Position numbers and translations under genes: made by a program | DNA from: the human T2T-CHM13v2.0 reference genome, Homo sapiens | Direction: 5' to 3' (one strand) | NCBI RefSeq assembly: GCF_009914755.1 | Contig: NC_060926.1 | Length of the DNA stretch: 64,000 nucleotides | Notes under the pieces: model-generated | Seen by the model: the letters and a program-made list of their open reading frames with translations, nothing else | What the model was told of the DNA's origin: nothing | The model's database searches: none | Shown here: positions 58,641 to 64,000 of the stretch, piece after piece | Numbering within the stretch: the first letter of the stretch is position 1 | Layout of the letters: every line of letters starts with the position of its first letter

Positions 58641-59159
58641 GGAGATTCTTGTAGGATGGCACTATGTCTGAAAATAAAATAATGGAAGTTATACAATTTC
58701 CTGAAGTAACAGTTTTTTTAAATCTGTTATTTGAGAGAATTAAACAATTGGATTTAAAGCCTAATTTACTTCAAAGTCTGTTTCTATGATGCTCCTGAAT
58801 CCAATTCATATATACAATAATGCTAGATTTAAATAAATGACTGAATAAAAAACATATTGACTATTAGTTGTTAAAATACAAACAGCTGAATTTAACTTTC
58901 TTAAATTAAATTTTGAACTTTGGTATTTTAAGTTCCTTTTCTTTATGTGTACTGTGGATTTTTAAAGTTCTGCATACAAACTGATTTTTCATAAAATTTT
59001 TCCATTTAAATACTTCTATGTATGTGTAAACAGAAAAAATTCTGCTGTGGATAAGGAAAATCTTTTCTATTTTAAAAATTTTATCACATTGCTATGACAA
59101 CCTAAATTTTAAAATTACAAAATATAGGATGGAGAATTTTTCTTCCATCTTTATTACCC

Positions 59160-59680
59160 ATAAAGAGAGGTATTAGAGCTTATAAGATAAAAGGAAAGGG
59201 AAAGAGAAAAAGAGACAGTGAAGAAGAGGAGGAAAAGCTTAGTCAGGCAGTGCTAAGTGTGCGAATGTATATCATAATGACATGGTATAGAATGATGCAC
59301 AGATTGAAGAGATCCTGGAATATGTAGAAGGAAGTAGCAGAAGAAGCAGAAAATGTCAGTATTTGCGCTGGTCTGTGGAGACATTAGAAGGAAAAGGTTT
59401 ATGTTGAACAAGAAGATAATGTTTTTCCCAAAGCCATGAACAAGCAGTTATTGAATTCCTATTTTTTGCACTATGCTAGGCATTGTATGTTGCACAATTG
59501 GATAAAAGTCCTTGATCTTAAGAAGCTCAAATTTAAGATGTATGGGAAGGAAAGAACTAAGGAGAAATGGAGAAGGAAAAGAGAAAGGGAAAAATGGAGG
59601 AAAAGAGGAATAAGGGAATGAAGGGAAGAAGTAAAGATCATAAAATTAGGGGAGGACGTGCAAGAGAAAATGGAGAAACG
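59160..59680. repeat. GA-rich low-complexity tract with short antisense L2 end (~59435-59530)
   Basis: Purine-rich runs; aacaagcagttattgaattcctatt. Confidence 0.55.
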
Positions 59681-60209
59681 TTGTTTTCCATGGAGTAACA
59701 TTCAATGCAGGACTAGAGGAAGCAATGAGGTAATATTAGTGTAAATATATTGAGGAAAATCTTCTCGATTATTAAATTACATAGTTTTTTTTCTGCCCCT
59801 TTCCCAGTAAACTACTCTTTTATATAGAAAAAACAAAAATCCAATGAAGTAAGACAGTCTACTTTATTCCAAAGGGAACTAAGTCAGGCTTTGTCTCTCT
59901 TCATTTGCAGGTTTTACTTGATAGAGTTTATTATGTCATGGTAACATTCGTAATAAAATGTGATAATGCTACTAGACAAGTATTATGTACATAAAGCAGG
60001 CCTATTTTAATAGGTTAATAACTGTAATACAGTAGTTGAAATCATAGGCCAGAATTTATGTTTCTACGGTAAGAGAACTCATCATAAATAGCATTAGTTC
60101 TGCCAATTTTCTGCATAATTTTCTATCATATCTTTTAAATAATCCAAGAATATTTTCTGGTGGAGAAACAAAATGAATACCTTAACAGTAGAGATCTTTG
60201 ATCCATGGA

Positions 60210-60460
60210 AACTGTATGGTATAATGAGAAGTATGAAGTCCTTGAAATCTAAGTCAAATCCTGACATGACTCCATTCAGCTGAAGTCATGTGTGATCTTG
60301 GGAATGTTACTTCACATCTCTGAGAGTCATTTCTCCATTTGCTAAAAGTAAATGATAATATCTGCCTCATAAGACCCTGTAGGGATTCTAAATTATGCAA
60401 TTTGCTAAAATCCCTAGCATATGATAAGCTTTCAATATGTGTTACACATTTTACTGTTAC
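60210..60460 (+). mobile_element. MIR SINE
   Basis: gtcaaatcctgac...tgtgtgatcttgggaatgttactt...ataatatctgcctcataag. Confidence 0.7.
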
Positions 60461-60559
60461 TCTTTGTCTCCATCCAAGCCTATTAATCATTAAATTTCTA
60501 ATCTATTTCTTCATTTGAATAAGAAACGAATGTAAAGCAGATTGTTCCCCTGCAATTTA

Positions 60560-60990
60560 AAATATATCACTCACATCACTTGGTGCTCACAACAAAATGA
60601 CCGTTCTTCACCCTGCCTAATGACCTGTGTGATGTGATACCCCCTTACTTTACCAAACCTGCCATCTACTACTGTCCCATGCACTGTCTTACAGCCTCTC
60701 TGGATGTCTTTCTGCATTTCAAATTTATCAAGTTCCTTTTCTCCTAAGGGCTTGTGCCCTTGTTTCTCCCTTCCTCTAAAATGCTCTTCCTTTAGTCCTT
60801 TCCATGGCTGGATAGTTCACAAAATTTAGATCTCAACTCAAATTTCATATCCTTAGTGATGCCTTTTTTGCCTGTGCAAATACAATGACTTCCTAGTTCG
60901 TTCTGACCCACCAACTTGTTTGTTACATTCATGGTACTCATCATAATCTATAATCATGTACTTTTTTATTGGTTGATATTCTGCTGTCAT
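60560..60990 (+). mobile_element. L2 fragment
   Basis: cagcctctctggatgtctttctg...aatgctcttcct...ccatggctgg...agatctcaactcaaat. Confidence 0.65.
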
Positions 60991-63097
60991 TACTCATTAA
61001 TAATATATTAAAAGGTGAAAGACAAAAGGCAGGCCTGTGCCAATAGCTATAAAATTTCTCAAACTAAGGGATCCACAGCACACTTCAGATTTTTCTAACC
61101 CCAGAATGGGAAGCAATTTGATCAAGAAAAATTCTACTCCTTTGTTTTTAAGATACTAAAAGTCTAAAAGGTGAATGAGCCAAAAGGAAGGAAACAGGTT
61201 TCCCAAGCAGGAGAAACATTTGCAAAAACCTTCTATGGAGACAAGAGAGATGAGAGAGACTATGATGAATATGAGAAATTACAGAATTTAGCTTAGATGA
61301 AGGATTTTAGTGGAGAGGGGACATAGTATGAATTGATATTGGAGAATAAGCTGAGGGAAATGAGAGTCATGGGGCTACCTGTAAGCATCGAATAATAGAT
61401 GTTAAAATAACTTCAGATAAGATAAAAATGATTTAAGTGTAAGGCATTCATTCATTTTAGAAGGAAAGAGAAGCAAAGAGAGGTGCAAATAACATTGGTT
61501 CCAGCAAAGTCTACTGAGATGATGGGTTTGACTCTACTAGAAACAAGTGATTTTGAGTAAGTCACTTAAGGATTGAAGACACATGTATAAGGAATAAGCA
61601 ACTGAATCGGTGATTTTTAAAGTTTATATTCTGCTTTAAAACTCTGGACATATACAGTACAGTCTAGCACTTGCCCATCATTCTTTCTTGCAAAAACTTT
61701 CAAATAAATGATAATGAATATTTTGTCTTTTGTCTAATCTTAACCATCCTTGCAGATTTTCACTTCCTGTATCTCATTAATGTTTATCAATTGGTTATTC
61801 CTTTTATTATAAAATAGCACCTTCTTATGTATGGCTTGTAGGAAGACAATGATAAAATTTCTATGCCTAGTGTATAACCTCATATTTGTTTTATGATTCT
61901 TTATATTAATATTTGAACCTGCCCTAAGTTCTAAACTCATATAGTAGTCTAGAAACCCTGTCCATGTGTATAACATTTAGATTTCTGTTTCAAAAATATA
62001 AATGCATGTTTACTAAAGTGAAAAGAAACTGATGAACAAAGTAGAACAGAAATTGTGATTGAGGTCACATCAACAATTTCAACAAATCAACAAAGGCATT
62101 ACAGGGAATGAACTTAGTTCCTTCCTAATAGCATTTCGGCTGGTTTCCATATTGCTCTTTTTTTCTGTTATTATGCGGTTAATGCAATCTAATTCAGTAA
62201 TGTCTTCTGAATGATTAAGCCATTTATGATTGAACCTGATGAAGGAAATGAGAAAAGCCTCTTAAACATCTAAATATGATAATTTGTATTAACTGCTGTA
62301 AATCACAATCAGAATGCTATTGAAGTCAACATTTTACTCAGGTACAAATATTTCTAGAATTGAGAATGTTCATCAATATTTGTAATGAAACTTAGAAAAG
62401 AAATTAGGACTCTTGACATTATAACTATTTTTATAGTTTGCAGAGTTTTCTCTCTGAATATTTTGTGGTGCTATTAGTGCTCCCTCTTCACGAACAGCAA
62501 GTGAAAACATTAGGCTAAGCAGTGAATTGTTCATGCCAGTGCCCTTCCATATATCAAAGGGAGAAAAATAGACATCATAGAGAGATAGGATCTGATATAC
62601 AATGTTTTGCAGAATAATTCATGTTATGAAGTGTGTAGGAAGGTACATCAATCTGCAAATTAGTTAGAATTTATCTTTTTTTAATTTACCACTTTTTAAA
62701 AATATATTTGTCATTATTTTTAATGTTAATGAACATTTTCCCTCATATACATTTAACAAATATTAATATATTTGAATAATAAACATGAATTAATTATTCT
62801 AGAATGTTTTCTTCTGTTAAAATAATCCCTGAATGTGCTTTCACAACTCTCACACTTTTAAATAATTTGTACATGGTCAAAGATGAGCACTGTACTGATT
62901 TTTTAAAAATCTAGAGCGAGAATCTGTGTCGTAACCTATACAAATGGGGACATGACTCCAGGCTTTGGTTCCAGGCTCAGTTGATGCCAGGCAAGATTAA
63001 TGCATATCTGCCACTGCACTTTGATGAATAGAATACTCATCAGTGTGGGTTGTACAATAACAAGGCTGCGTTGTGTTGTGATAAGGTGATATTATAG

Positions 63098-63460
<363 letters not shown>

Positions 63461-64000
63461 TTAGAAGCTTCTTATCTAAATATGTATTATCTACAAATAT
63501 TTATATAAATATTTTTCAAGTTTAAATATATGTGCAATGAATTACTTTAAAAGAGGATATTTCACCGAGGTAAATAAAATAATTTTCCTTGAACAAGATT
63601 TAAAAAATAATGAGGGGGTAAGGTCAATTAAGATTTGTATAAAGTGACACTACGAAGACCTGTTAATTCTTCAACGAGTGCTGATAGAACATAATCTGTA
63701 TAAAATGAAAGAACACAATAAATCCCATATTTCTGCACAGTCTCTCAAAGCAAGCATGTGTGCTCTGTAGATTTTATGCAGTTCTGCCCTTAGACCTAGG
63801 CAAGCAGGACTTCTGTCTTGGATCCTATGCCTCTGGGGGCTTCATGTTTCAGAATACCTTCTTTGAAGTATTCTAAATTCCTTCCCCTTCAGTGTCTGGG
63901 ACAGGGCCAGGCTAGTGGTACTTTCTGGATAGGGTACCTCATATTTGGACTAGGAGCCACATGGGCCCTGGGGAGCTCTTCAACCCTTTGTCTCGTGTGT

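Overview
AT-rich human non-coding DNA (intronic or intergenic), identified as human by an AluYb8 insertion. I find no host protein-coding exon, rRNA, tRNA or CRISPR array, and I cannot name the locus. Most recognisable sequence is transposon-derived: a near full-length minus-strand L1PA3/L1PA4 (34902-41038, 13-bp TSD), older L1 fragments, 9 Alus, ERV/MaLR solo LTRs (THE1, MLT1E, MLT2B, MER41A, MER39-like, MER93-like), hAT DNA transposons, MIR/L2/L3 relics, microsatellites and a 30-bp minisatellite. All long ORFs are L1- or Alu-derived. Leads worth checking: (1) plus-strand polypyrimidine-AG|GTRAG recursive-splice-like sites at 7326, 52023 and 5430; (2) the L1 has an ORF1 broken by one stop, an open ORF0, a truncated YY1 site and a retained ZNF93-target segment; (3) several template-switch scars, including a ~50-bp templated insertion into a MER63 end, target-site sequence copied into an Alu linker, and a fold-back palindrome in an MLT2 LTR; (4) motif-dense or CpG-retaining enhancer candidates. 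No new biological system is demonstrated. Repeat subfamily calls are by eye from remembered consensus sequences and need RepeatMasker/Dfam confirmation.
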